64,000 nucleotides of DNA, from NCBI GenBank assembly GCA_017612805.1, contig JAGAFD010000007.1:170675-234674 (forward strand), written 5' to 3'. Shown in pieces: positions 9,753 to 19,641 of this stretch. Positions within the stretch are counted from its first letter, which is position 1. Every line of letters starts with the position of its first letter. Made by a program: the position numbers and the translations under genes. This DNA is from Bacilli bacterium (lineage in GTDB: Bacteria; Bacillota_I; Bacilli_A; RF39; UBA660). The notes under the pieces were generated by a model. It was not told the DNA's origin. It saw nothing but the letters and a program-made list of their open reading frames with translations, and made no database searches.

Positions 9753-9779
9753 AAAAGGTCACGTGTGGCCCTTTTTTAA
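9753..9779. terminator. Rho-independent terminator
   Basis: AAAAAAGGTCA-CGTG-TGGCCCTTTTTT palindrome with A-run and T-run flanks. Confidence 0.6.
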
Positions 9780-9809
9780 ACGCATCTTGAAAGGAACGGG
9801 AATTAATTA

Positions 9810-10505
9810 ATGGCAAGTGCTCCAATTGAAACTGACTATAAAGCATTATTTGCAAATCCGGATTATTATGCAAAATTATATGGTGAAGGATTACCTTCAT
9901 TAGAAAGTTTATTAAGATATTGCTTAAATAATCAAATTATGACAGTAGCTTGTTGTAGTGGCAATAACCGTAAATATGCTTATATATACTTTGCTTGTAA
10001 AGATGCTGAACTAACTTTTTATAAAATTGTTTTAGATGCTTTGAAAGAAGCTAATATTAAAGATTTTAATTATGAAGTAAGAGCTTTTATAAACTTTCCG
10101 GGTTGTGAATATTATAGGGGAATTATTTTCCGTGCTAATAAGGTTGATGCTAATAAGTTATTTATTAAAATACAACAAAGTTTAGAATTAAGAAGTTCTT
10201 TTTCAACACGAAATTTAATTGATTATTTTTCATATATTGTTTTTCAATTACGTCTTAATCATTTAGATATTAAAGATTTAAAACTAATTTATGAAGATAA
10301 TAAATTGTATGTTAAGTTTTCAGAACAAGAATATAAATTTAAAAATCATGTTTTTTATTTGAATGGTGAGATTAAAAAATTAAGTTCATTATTAACTACT
10401 AATGATATTAAGGATTTTAATGGAAAGTTTGAAGTTGATAATAATAATGAAGAATTAATTGGTAAGGTTAATCAACATTTATCAAAGGTTTTAAATAGAC
10501 TCTAA
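9810..10505 (+). CDS. Hypothetical protein
   Basis: 231-aa ORF with own terminator. No recognisable motif. Confidence 0.45.
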   Translation: MASAPIETDYKALFANPDYYAKLYGEGLPSLESLLRYCLNNQIMTVACCSGNNRKYAYIYFACKDAELTFYKIVLDALKEANIKDFNYEVRAFINFPGCEYYRGIIFRANKVDANKLFIKIQQSLELRSSFSTRNLIDYFSYIVFQLRLNHLDIKDLKLIYEDNKLYVKFSEQEYKFKNHVFYLNGEIKKLSSLLTTNDIKDFNGKFEVDNNNEELIGKVNQHLSKVLNRL

Positions 10506-10523
10506 AAGGAGTCTTTTTTTTTG
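10497..10523 (+). terminator. Rho-independent terminator
   Basis: AGACTC-taaaag-GAGTCT followed by T9. Confidence 0.75.
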
Positions 10524-10559
10524 TTTTTTTTCATGATATAATTGATGCAATAATAGGGT

Positions 10560-12887
10560 GTGATTAATGTGATAACTAGAGAAGAGATTAACAAGTTAGA
10601 TGGTTTTTTCCGTGCTAGTAATTATTTGACAGTAGCACAATTATATTTACTTGATAATCCATTATTATTTGAACCATTAAAAAAAGAACATATTAAATAT
10701 AAGATTGTTGGACATTTTGGAACAACCCCTGGTCAAAACTTTATTTATACCCATTTAAATCGTATTATTAAAAAGAATAATTTAGAAATGATATATATTT
10801 CGGGACCTGGTCATGGTGGTAATGCCATGGTAAGCCAAACTTATTTAGAAGGAACTTATTCAAAGTTTTATCCAAATGTTTCTGAAGATATTGAAGGATT
10901 AAAAAAACTTTGTAAGCAATTTAGTTTCCCAAAAGGAATTAGTTCCCATGTTGCCCCTGAAACCCCTGGTTCAATTAACGAGGGTGGTGAATTAGGATAT
11001 AGTTTAGCCCACGCTTATGGAGCAGTCTTGGATAATCCTAATTTAATTGCTGCTTGTGTAGTAGGTGATGGGGAAGCAGAAACTGGCCCTTTAGCTACTA
11101 GTTGGCATATTAATAAATTTATTAATCCAATTACGGATGGGGCGGTACTTCCAATTTTACATTTAAATGGTTATAAAATTGCTAATCCAACTATTTTAGC
11201 CAGAATTGGAAATGATGAATTAATTAAGTTATTTGAAGGTTATGGATATCATCCATATATTGTATCGGGTAATACAGATTATGAGATGCATGAGAATATG
11301 GCTAATACCCTTGATTTAGTAACGTTAGAAATTAAAAAAATTCAAAGTAAATGTCGTAATGAAAAAATTAGTGGAAGACCTATTTGGCCAATGATTATTT
11401 TAAAAAGCAAAAAAGGTTGGAATGGTCCTAAAGAAGTTGAAGATAGCTTTAAATCGCATCAAGTACCATTTACGATTGAAACCGATGAAGATATTAAAAA
11501 ATTAGAAGCTTGGTTATTAAGTTATAATCCACATGAATTATTTACTAAGGATGGTAAATTGATTCTGGAATTAAAGGAATTAGTACCAGCCCCTGAATAC
11601 TGTATGGGTAATAGTAAATATGCAAACGGGGGTAATTTATTAAAACCACTTAAAACTCCTAATTGGATGGATTATGGGGTTGATGCTAAAGAAGGCTCTG
11701 TTGAAGTTGAAGATATGCGTATTTTAGGAAGTTACTTACGTGATGTTATGAAAAATAACATGGATAACTTTAGAATTTTTGGGCCAGATGAAGCATTATC
11801 TAATCGTTTAAATAATGTCTTTGATGTCACAAATCGTTCATTTGTTGCTAAAAGAAGAGACACCGATGAATTGTTAGCACCAGATGGTAGAGTGTTTGAT
11901 TCATTCTTATCTGAACATGTTTGTGAAGGTTTATTAGAAGGTTATTTATTAACTGGAAGACATGGTTTTATTCATAGTTATGAAGCCTTTATTAGAATTG
12001 TAGATTCAATGGCTTCGCAACATGCTAAATGGTTGAAGTTTTGTAATGATATTCCATGGCGTAAGCCAATTGCTAGTTTAAACTATATTCTAACTAGTCA
12101 TTGTTGGCAACAAGATCATAATGGTTTTACGCATCAAGATCCAGGTTTTTTAAACCATATGGTTACTAAAAAAAGTGATACCGTAAGAATATATTTACCT
12201 TGTGATGTTAATACGCTTTTATCTTGTGTTGATCATTCACTTAATTCAATGAATTATATAAATGTGGTAGTTGCATCTAAACATTTAAGACCAGTATGGT
12301 TAAATGTCGAAGAAGCTAAAAAACATTGTACAGATGGTATTGGGGTATTTGAGTTTGCATCAAATGATCATGGTAATCCTGATATAATTTTAGGTTGTTG
12401 TGGTGATACACCAACATTAGAAATTATTGCAGCATCTAAATTATTACAAACCTATTTAAAAGATTTAAAGGTAAGAGTAGTTAATGTTGTGGATTTAATG
12501 CGTTTAGAAAGTAATCATAATCACCCACATGGATTAAGTGATGTTGCTTATGATGAATTATTTACTACTAATACACCAATTGTCTTTGCTTTCCATGGTT
12601 ATCCACATTTAATTCATCAATTAACTTATAAGCGTCATAATCAAAATATGCATGTTAGAGGTTATATTGAAGAAGGTGCTATTACAACTCCATTTGATAT
12701 GCGTGTTCTAAATAAAGTGGATCGTTATCATTTAGTATTAGATGTTATTAAATATTTAAATTTAACTGATTCGGATAGTATGAAACTTAAAGCATATTGC
12801 AAAGAAATGTTAGCTAAACATAATGAATATATCGCTGAGTATGGTAAAGATATGCCTGAAGTTGTTGATTTTAAATGGAATGATTAA
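10560..12887 (+). CDS. xfp: Phosphoketolase (xylulose-5-P/fructose-6-P phosphoketolase)
   Basis: 775 aa. Signature blocks EGGELGYSLAHAYGAVLDNPNLIAACVVGDGEAETGPLATSWH and GPGHGG (TPP binding). GTG start; AGGGTG RBS, so GTG 10569 is an alternative start. Confidence 0.9.
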   Translation: MINVITREEINKLDGFFRASNYLTVAQLYLLDNPLLFEPLKKEHIKYKIVGHFGTTPGQNFIYTHLNRIIKKNNLEMIYISGPGHGGNAMVSQTYLEGTYSKFYPNVSEDIEGLKKLCKQFSFPKGISSHVAPETPGSINEGGELGYSLAHAYGAVLDNPNLIAACVVGDGEAETGPLATSWHINKFINPITDGAVLPILHLNGYKIANPTILARIGNDELIKLFEGYGYHPYIVSGNTDYEMHENMANTLDLVTLEIKKIQSKCRNEKISGRPIWPMIILKSKKGWNGPKEVEDSFKSHQVPFTIETDEDIKKLEAWLLSYNPHELFTKDGKLILELKELVPAPEYCMGNSKYANGGNLLKPLKTPNWMDYGVDAKEGSVEVEDMRILGSYLRDVMKNNMDNFRIFGPDEALSNRLNNVFDVTNRSFVAKRRDTDELLAPDGRVFDSFLSEHVCEGLLEGYLLTGRHGFIHSYEAFIRIVDSMASQHAKWLKFCNDIPWRKPIASLNYILTSHCWQQDHNGFTHQDPGFLNHMVTKKSDTVRIYLPCDVNTLLSCVDHSLNSMNYINVVVASKHLRPVWLNVEEAKKHCTDGIGVFEFASNDHGNPDIILGCCGDTPTLEIIAASKLLQTYLKDLKVRVVNVVDLMRLESNHNHPHGLSDVAYDELFTTNTPIVFAFHGYPHLIHQLTYKRHNQNMHVRGYIEEGAITTPFDMRVLNKVDRYHLVLDVIKYLNLTDSDSMKLKAYCKEMLAKHNEYIAEYGKDMPEVVDFKWND

Positions 12888-12930
12888 ATTTGATATTTAG
12901 TTTAACTATATTTATTAATAAATAATAATT

Positions 12931-12964
12931 AAAAGAACAATAATAAATATATTGTTCTTTTATT
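12931..12964 (+). terminator. Rho-independent terminator
   Basis: AGAACAATA-ataaata-TATTGTTCT followed by TTTT. Confidence 0.8.
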
Positions 12965-13035
12965 GTGCATAATTATTTAATTATCCACATTTGTTAAAAA
13001 AATGATTTGGTAGTATCACTAATTTGGTGATAATT

Positions 13036-14358
13036 ATGAGTTTAACGGAAGAACAACAAAGAATTATTAAAGCAAAAGATAAATACATGATGGTAATAGC
13101 TGGGGCTGGTTGTGGAAAAACTTTTACTATTTTAAAAAGAGTGGAGTACTTAATAAATGAATTAAATGTTAATAAAGAAAGCATTTTAATTATTTCTTTT
13201 ACTAATAATACAGTTAATGATATTAAAAAGAAAATAAAGGATGTTGATGTTTTAACTTTTCATAAACTAGCAATTAAATTACTAGGTAGTAAGGTTAATA
13301 AATTAATTACGGATTATGATTTAAAATATTATTTAAATGAATACTTTTTACATAACTTAACTAAGCACCAAAGGAAGTATTTAAAATATTACTTAGATAG
13401 TAATGATTATCAATACTTTATTAAAAGAATGATAAGTTTAATAAATATCTATAAAGCTAATAATGGGAATCTTTATCAATTAAGTTTAATTTATCTAGAT
13501 AATATTTTTAACAAAAAAGAACGATACTTTATTAAACTCTTCTATGCATTTTTAAAATTCTATACGCAAGAATTAAATAGTTTTAATGGTTATGATTTTA
13601 ATGATTTAATTATCAAAGCTAGTAGTTCTAAAAATAAATTATGTTATCAATATATTATTGTGGATGAGTTTCAAGATACTTCTTTAATTAGACTTAATCT
13701 ATTAAAAAAATTGGTCAATGATAATAATGCTAGTTTAATGGTAGTAGGTGATGACTATCAGTCAATCTATCAATTTAGTGGGAGTAATTTAAATATTTTT
13801 TTAGATTTTAATCACGAGTTTAATGCTAAAACTTATTATTTAACTAAAACATTTAGAAATAGTTATGAGTTAGTTAATGTAGCCGGTTTATTTATTATGA
13901 AGAATCGATTACAAATTAAAAAATCGATGTTATCAGATAAGCATTTAAGAAAACCAATTATAATTTATTACTTTCAAGATTTAAAAAATAGTGTTAATAA
14001 GATAATTACTAATTATGATGATTATATGATATTAGGAAGGAATCATGAAGATAACTTAGATTTTAATAATTTTTATACAGTTCATGCTAGTAAAGGATTA
14101 GAAAGTGAAGTAGTAATAATCATAAATAATCAAGATAGTTATTTGGGGTTTCCAAATAAGATAAATAATGATAAAATAGCCTCGTATTTAATAAATTTTA
14201 ATGAAATAAATTACGCTGAAGAAAGAAGATTGTTTTATGTTGCTTTAACGCGTAGTAAAAATGAAGTTTATTTAATGGTTAAACATCATGAAGAATCAAT
14301 TTTTATTAAAGAATTAATAAAAGATTATCATGATTATATAGTATTTAAGGAGGAGTAA
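13036..14358 (+). CDS. Minimal UvrD/Rep-family SF1 DNA helicase
   Basis: About 440 aa. Walker A AGAGCGKT, motif II IIVDEFQDTS, motif III VVGDDYQSIYQFSG, motif V TVHASKGLESEVVII, motif VI YVALTRSKNEVYL. Lacks long 1B/2B insertions. Confidence 0.7.
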   Translation: MSLTEEQQRIIKAKDKYMMVIAGAGCGKTFTILKRVEYLINELNVNKESILIISFTNNTVNDIKKKIKDVDVLTFHKLAIKLLGSKVNKLITDYDLKYYLNEYFLHNLTKHQRKYLKYYLDSNDYQYFIKRMISLINIYKANNGNLYQLSLIYLDNIFNKKERYFIKLFYAFLKFYTQELNSFNGYDFNDLIIKASSSKNKLCYQYIIVDEFQDTSLIRLNLLKKLVNDNNASLMVVGDDYQSIYQFSGSNLNIFLDFNHEFNAKTYYLTKTFRNSYELVNVAGLFIMKNRLQIKKSMLSDKHLRKPIIIYYFQDLKNSVNKIITNYDDYMILGRNHEDNLDFNNFYTVHASKGLESEVVIIINNQDSYLGFPNKINNDKIASYLINFNEINYAEERRLFYVALTRSKNEVYLMVKHHEESIFIKELIKDYHDYIVFKEE

Positions 14359-14360
14359 GA

Positions 14361-15044
14361 ATGGTTGTATTTATTACTGGTGGTTTATCTTCAATAGGTA
14401 AAGAAATAACTAAGTATCTATTAGATAATCATCATACGGTTTATTTAAACTATTTAACTAGTGATCCTAATATTTTTAATGAATATCCTAATATAATTAA
14501 AGTCCCTGGTGATATTAATGATGATAATTATTTAATTGAGACATTTAAGTTAATTAAAGCTAATCATCAGCAATTAGATTTAATTATTAATAATGCTTGC
14601 TTTTGCCAAGATGATTTAATAGGTGATAAAACAAAAGAATCATTATTAAAAGAAATCAATACTAATTTAGTAGCTCCTTATATGATTATTAAATATTATC
14701 AAGAGTATTTTTCTAGTGGAAAAATAATTAATATGTTAAGTACTGACGGAATTGATACATATAATGAATATAATTCTGGTTATGCACTTTCAAAAGCTGG
14801 GTTACTTAATTTAACAAAGAGTATGGCTTATAGTTTAAAAGATTTTAAAGTTTATGGCTTAGTATTAAATTATGTTAAAACAGATTCGGTTTTAGCAATG
14901 AATCCTGATTTTTTAAATAAAGAATTAACAAGAATTAATCAAAAAGAATTAATTGAAGTTAATACTGTTATTAAACATATTGATAAATTAATAAATGGTG
15001 ATTTTGATTCTGGTTATATTGAAAGGGTGGATGGTAATGAATAG
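14361..15044 (+). CDS. Short-chain dehydrogenase/reductase (SDR) family oxidoreductase
   Basis: TGGLSSIGK Rossmann motif, NNAC, and YALSKAGL (YxxxK). Confidence 0.65.
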   Translation: MVVFITGGLSSIGKEITKYLLDNHHTVYLNYLTSDPNIFNEYPNIIKVPGDINDDNYLIETFKLIKANHQQLDLIINNACFCQDDLIGDKTKESLLKEINTNLVAPYMIIKYYQEYFSSGKIINMLSTDGIDTYNEYNSGYALSKAGLLNLTKSMAYSLKDFKVYGLVLNYVKTDSVLAMNPDFLNKELTRINQKELIEVNTVIKHIDKLINGDFDSGYIERVDGNE

Positions 15045-16251
15045 CGAATTATTAAAAATAGAAGCTGGTTTAAAAGATGAGTTTCAAAAAATTGATGAAA
15101 TTGCCCTTATTAACAGTAAGAAAGTATTAGATGCTTTTCATGAATGTGGGGTTTGTGAAACATCGTTTATTGGAACAACCGGATATGGTTATAATGATTT
15201 GGGTCGAGAAGTAATTGAAAATGTTTATAAAACGATTTTTCATACCGAAAAAGCGCTTGTTAGAAATCAATTTATTTCGGGAACTCATGCTTTATCTAAA
15301 ACGTTATTTGCACTACTACGTCCTCATGATTTATTACTTTCAATAAGTGGTACTCCTTATGATACCTTACATGAAGTTATTGGTATTAGAAATAATCCAT
15401 CATCATTAAAGAGTTACTTAGTAGATTATGATGAAATAGATTTAGTGGATAATGATTTTAATGATGAAGCAATTAAAGCTTATTTATTGCATCATAAAGT
15501 TAAGGTAATTGAAATTCAAAGAAGCTGTGGTTATTCTACTAGAGAATCTCTTACAATTGAAAAGGTAGCAAGAGTTATTAAATTAATTAAAGAAGTATCT
15601 CCAGAAACAATTGTTATGGTTGATAATTGCTATTGCGAATTAGTTAGTGATAAAGAACCTAGTGATGTTGGTGCCGATATTGTGGTTGGTTCATTAATTA
15701 AAAATTTAGGTGCTGGTATTTGTTCTAATGGGGCTTACGTTGTTGGTAAGGCTTCATTAATTGATTTAGTTGCCGAAAGCCTAAACAGTCCTGGTGAAGG
15801 TTATGATGTTGGACCAACCCTAGGTGCTAACAAATCAATTTTACAAGGTATTTATTTAGCACCTAATGTCGTTAAGAACGCTTTAAAGGTAGGGACTCTA
15901 TTAGCTCATGCTTTTAAAAGTTTAGGTTATGAAGTAACACCGCTTTCTAATCGTGCTGATATTGTTACAAAGATTACTTTGAATGATCCCGATAAAGTTG
16001 TGAAGTTTTGCGAAATTGTTCAAAAAAATTCTGCCGTTGATGCAAACGTTGCGCCAATTCCTGCACCAATGCCTGGTTATGATGATTTAGTAGTTATGGC
16101 TAGCGGTTCTTTTACGCAAGGTAGTTCAATTGAAATATCTTGTGATGGCCCATTAAGAAGCCCATATATTGTATATTTCCAAGGTAGCTTAACTTATGAT
16201 TATGGTAAGATTTGCATTAATGATTTATATGAGGAGTTCAAAAATGATTAG
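15037..16251 (+). CDS. PLP-dependent YnbB / Met-gamma-lyase-like ('aluminium resistance') family protein
   Basis: About 405 aa. N-terminal ELLKIEAGLKDEFQKIDEIALINSKKVLDAFHE...TGYGYNDLGRE is typical of the YnbB family. RBS AGGGTGG. Confidence 0.55.
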   Translation: MNSELLKIEAGLKDEFQKIDEIALINSKKVLDAFHECGVCETSFIGTTGYGYNDLGREVIENVYKTIFHTEKALVRNQFISGTHALSKTLFALLRPHDLLLSISGTPYDTLHEVIGIRNNPSSLKSYLVDYDEIDLVDNDFNDEAIKAYLLHHKVKVIEIQRSCGYSTRESLTIEKVARVIKLIKEVSPETIVMVDNCYCELVSDKEPSDVGADIVVGSLIKNLGAGICSNGAYVVGKASLIDLVAESLNSPGEGYDVGPTLGANKSILQGIYLAPNVVKNALKVGTLLAHAFKSLGYEVTPLSNRADIVTKITLNDPDKVVKFCEIVQKNSAVDANVAPIPAPMPGYDDLVVMASGSFTQGSSIEISCDGPLRSPYIVYFQGSLTYDYGKICINDLYEEFKND

Positions 16252-16525
16252 TGATGAATTTGATATCAGTGATTTTAAGAATAAGAATTATCAAGATGGT
16301 TTATTAAAGAAAGTTAATAATTTATATATTACTAATGAAGAAATTGCTACATTAGAAAAATATAATGTTGATGTTTTTCAAGTTAAAGATTTCAAAGAAT
16401 TATTAGCAATTTTAAGGAATATTTTAGATAATACAATTGAAGAAGACGAAGATATAATTGATGAACTAAATGATTTATATGAATTATTTAGCGAAAGAGA
16501 TTACTATCTAAATACAAATAAATAA
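16244..16525 (+). CDS. Small acidic hypothetical protein
   Basis: 93 aa from ATG 16244, with GAGGAG RBS. Overlaps the end of the upstream gene. Confidence 0.4.
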   Translation: MISDEFDISDFKNKNYQDGLLKKVNNLYITNEEIATLEKYNVDVFQVKDFKELLAILRNILDNTIEEDEDIIDELNDLYELFSERDYYLNTNK

Positions 16526-16591
16526 AAAAAGGTTGAAATATCCCTTTTTTTTTATTATAATGTTTTTAAGAATAGGAAATGGGGCCACGAA

Positions 16592-17914
16592 ATGAATAAT
16601 AATGAATTTGAAACCTTAGATTTTAATAATGGAGATAATAATACTCCAGTAGTTGATCCAAATACAAATGTTAATCCTGCAGAAGATTTATCAAAAACTG
16701 CTGAAAATATTATTGCAGAAGTAAATCAACAAATTAATACTGAACAACCTGCTGAAGCACCTGCTCCAGTAGTTGAAGAAAATGTTGTTGCTCCGCAAGT
16801 TGAAGTTCCAACTGTAGAGGCACCAACTGTTGCTGAGGCTGCACCAGTTAGTGAACCAGCACCAACTCCTGCACCAGCTGCTGAGCCAGCTCCTGCAGAA
16901 GCTGCACCTGCAAATGCTGCTGTTGCTGATCCAAATGCAGTACAAGAAGATTTAAGTAACATATCTTATGAAAATAAAGATTCTTATAATGAATTTGCTA
17001 ATGAAAAGCCTAAAAAGAAAGTATCAATTACTTCAATAATTATTTTAATAATTTTAATTGCTGGTTTAGGTGGAGCAGTTTATTATTCAATATTCTATAA
17101 AGATGTATTTAATTTAAATCTATTAGGTTCTCCTGAAGAACCACTTGCTGCTAAAGAAGTAACTATTGAATTAGGTTCAGAAATTCCATCAGATATTACA
17201 GTTTATATGAATCGTAGTTTATCTGCAACTCAATATAAATTAACTAATAACAAAATTAATAACAATGTAGTTGGTGATTATAGTTTCCAAGTTGTTTATA
17301 ATAAAGAAACATATTCTGGAATTGCTCATGTAGTTGATACTACTGCTCCTACAATTGAAACAAAAAATGTAACTGCTCAATCAGTTGATGCACTTACTGC
17401 TGATGATTTTGTTGATGTATGTTCTGACTTATCTAGTTGTACAGTAGATTTTGCTGAATCATTTGATATTACAACTATTACTGAAGAAGGAACTTATGAT
17501 GTAGCTTTAATTGCTAAAGATAGTTATGAAAATTCAATTCAAGTAACTGCTAAGTTAACTATTTCTGCTACTGCAGAAGTTGCTAACAAATTAGTATGTA
17601 CTAAAACTAAAGCTCCAGATGCTACTGATACATTTAGTTCATGTGAAGTTATTTATACTTTATCATTTGATGACACTAATTCTCTAGCTAGTGCTAGTAT
17701 TAGAAAGATTTATACTTTTGATGATGAAGAAAAATTAACTGAATATGCTAATACTAAAGGTACTGGTTCTTCAAATACAACTGATTTAACTTATACAATT
17801 AATAATAGTGTATCTCAAGCTAATTTATCTACAGATAGTAGTACAAAGAGTATTCCTACTGATAAGACTGAAGCTACTACTACATTAACTAAATCAGGAT
17901 TTACTTGTAAATAA
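16592..17914 (+). CDS. Bitopic membrane protein: Pro/Ala-rich cytoplasmic N-terminus, one TM, extracellular domain ending in a GFTCK module
   Basis: 440 aa. Residues about 40-110 are low-complexity PA/PE-rich, a local GC-rich DNA patch. TM is IIILIILIAGLGGAVYY. C-terminal LVC...GFTCK is shared with 34797-35642. Confidence 0.55.
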   Translation: MNNNEFETLDFNNGDNNTPVVDPNTNVNPAEDLSKTAENIIAEVNQQINTEQPAEAPAPVVEENVVAPQVEVPTVEAPTVAEAAPVSEPAPTPAPAAEPAPAEAAPANAAVADPNAVQEDLSNISYENKDSYNEFANEKPKKKVSITSIIILIILIAGLGGAVYYSIFYKDVFNLNLLGSPEEPLAAKEVTIELGSEIPSDITVYMNRSLSATQYKLTNNKINNNVVGDYSFQVVYNKETYSGIAHVVDTTAPTIETKNVTAQSVDALTADDFVDVCSDLSSCTVDFAESFDITTITEEGTYDVALIAKDSYENSIQVTAKLTISATAEVANKLVCTKTKAPDATDTFSSCEVIYTLSFDDTNSLASASIRKIYTFDDEEKLTEYANTKGTGSSNTTDLTYTINNSVSQANLSTDSSTKSIPTDKTEATTTLTKSGFTCK

Positions 17915-17941
17915 AAATGACTTAAAAGTCATTTTTTTTAT
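17915..17941 (+). terminator. Rho-independent terminator
   Basis: AAATGACTT-aaa-AAGTCATTT followed by T7. Confidence 0.8.
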
Positions 17942-17950
17942 GCATTAAAA

Positions 17951-17971
17951 AAAGCTTCATTAAGAAGCTTT
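17951..17971 (-). terminator. Rho-independent terminator for the - strand sortase gene
   Basis: AAAGCTTC-atta-GAAGCTTT. The A-run on the + strand is a T-run on the - strand. Confidence 0.7.
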
Positions 17972-19519
17972 ATTTGGTTGTTCAATTAATACTGCATGAA
18001 CGACAAATCTTGAATAATCATCAGCACAAGTACTTAGCGTTAAGATTTTATTTTTCGCGGTTACTGGTGTATTAAAATCAATTTGTGAACGTTCAGTAAT
18101 CATTTTAATAAATTCTTCGTAAGCTTCATCAGATTTAAATTTGACTTTTAAATAATCAGAAGTAGTTTTAATACGATATACACTAAATATTTTCCATTTG
18201 AAATTACCATTTACGGTATTATAAGTAATAAAGTTATTATCAAAATCTTCATAATAAGATTTCTTACCAAGTTCGGTTAGTGTACCAAACATTACTTTAC
18301 TGTAATAACGATTATGACCATAAATAATATTATTTTTATCTAAGGAATCTTTACTATTTCGATAATCCATGAATAACCATCCGTTATAATCTTTTTCATC
18401 ATCAAAGTTATGATCAAGATAGAATTCATTGTTATCGGTTTTAACAATTGGATAATTAATATTAGTATTATTAATCTTTAACCAACCAACGGTTTTAGGA
18501 TTAATTGAAGTTAAAGCACTAACCATATTTGAAGTGTTATTAACAATATCTTCATTTTCAACCGTTTCGATTTTCTTAACTGATTTAGTTATCTTTGCTT
18601 GAATATTTAATACATTTTGCATTGATTTATAATTGTTATAGAATACATATCCAAATACTAAACCAACAATTAAGATGGATAGTAAGGCACAACATTTTAA
18701 AGTGTTAAGAATAATCTGTTTAAATAAATTATTTTTTAAATATTCATCATTATAAGCAAGATGCAAATAAATTTTATTCTTTTTATATTTCTTATGTAAC
18801 TTTTTTAGTATTTTAATTTTTTTATCATCTTTAACATTTTCGTGAACATTAATATTGATGGCTTTGGTATGTTTATTTTTTAAAGTATTATATATAAAAT
18901 CTAAATCTAATTGATTAAAGTTATTTAAATTGATATTTCTTAAATATTTATTAATACTTAAGAAGTTTTCAAAATCAATTTCATCATGACTATTAAGGGG
19001 ACTTTTAATTTCTAAATTACTTTTATAAAATATTTTAGAAATAGTATTTAATCCATTACTATTCATCAGATTAGAAATATAAATAATTTCATTTCTACTT
19101 TCAACATAGATACCATATTTATCTAGTTCAAGTAATAAATAGTAGAAGATATTATAACAATTAACGTATTCAATATTATTAGTTTTAATTATTGCTTTAC
19201 AAGCATGGACTTCTAAATCACAATCTTCGGTAATATATAATTTTTTAAGTTCTTTAATATCTGATATTAAATTTAATACGGTTGTTATTAATTGATAATC
19301 TTTTACTTCAATGCTATTAATGTTTTTATCTTCAGCTAATTCTTTAATGAAACTACGTACCATTTTAGCATTTTGAATAACATATTCTTCAGTAAACGTT
19401 AATTCATTACGGGAAATAATGTTAGTATTTAGTAAGTCTTGTTTCTTTTCCGATAATGGTTTGCGATAATATGAAAAACTGATTTTATCTTTTTCTAATA
19501 ATACTTTGATCTTGTCCAT
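17960..19519 (-). CDS. Class-B sortase with long N-terminal cytoplasmic extension
   Basis: 519 aa. C-terminal about 200 aa carry SrtB motifs NIIYGHN (catalytic His) and ILTLSTCADD (TLxTC catalytic Cys). TM at about residues 270-292. The N-terminal about 270 aa have no recognisable domain. Confidence 0.65.
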   Translation of the reverse strand: MDKIKVLLEKDKISFSYYRKPLSEKKQDLLNTNIISRNELTFTEEYVIQNAKMVRSFIKELAEDKNINSIEVKDYQLITTVLNLISDIKELKKLYITEDCDLEVHACKAIIKTNNIEYVNCYNIFYYLLLELDKYGIYVESRNEIIYISNLMNSNGLNTISKIFYKSNLEIKSPLNSHDEIDFENFLSINKYLRNINLNNFNQLDLDFIYNTLKNKHTKAININVHENVKDDKKIKILKKLHKKYKKNKIYLHLAYNDEYLKNNLFKQIILNTLKCCALLSILIVGLVFGYVFYNNYKSMQNVLNIQAKITKSVKKIETVENEDIVNNTSNMVSALTSINPKTVGWLKINNTNINYPIVKTDNNEFYLDHNFDDEKDYNGWLFMDYRNSKDSLDKNNIIYGHNRYYSKVMFGTLTELGKKSYYEDFDNNFITYNTVNGNFKWKIFSVYRIKTTSDYLKVKFKSDEAYEEFIKMITERSQIDFNTPVTAKNKILTLSTCADDYSRFVVHAVLIEQPNKAS

Positions 19520-19641
19520 TATAATCTTCCTATTCTATGTTATTTTATCATATTTTATTTAATAGATAAAGAATGTAAAGTATATTTTTTTTAATTTGTC
19601 TATAATATTAAGGAGTGCTACAATTAAAGTAGGTGATAGGC

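Noticed and set aside
9717-9779. An extended -10 element (TGgTATACT) immediately followed by a hairpin plus T-run, considered as a tiny sRNA or attenuator.
   Set aside because: No usable -35. The hairpin sits where the transcript would begin, and is more simply the terminator of the upstream amidotransferase gene. The -10-like sequence is probably AT-rich background.
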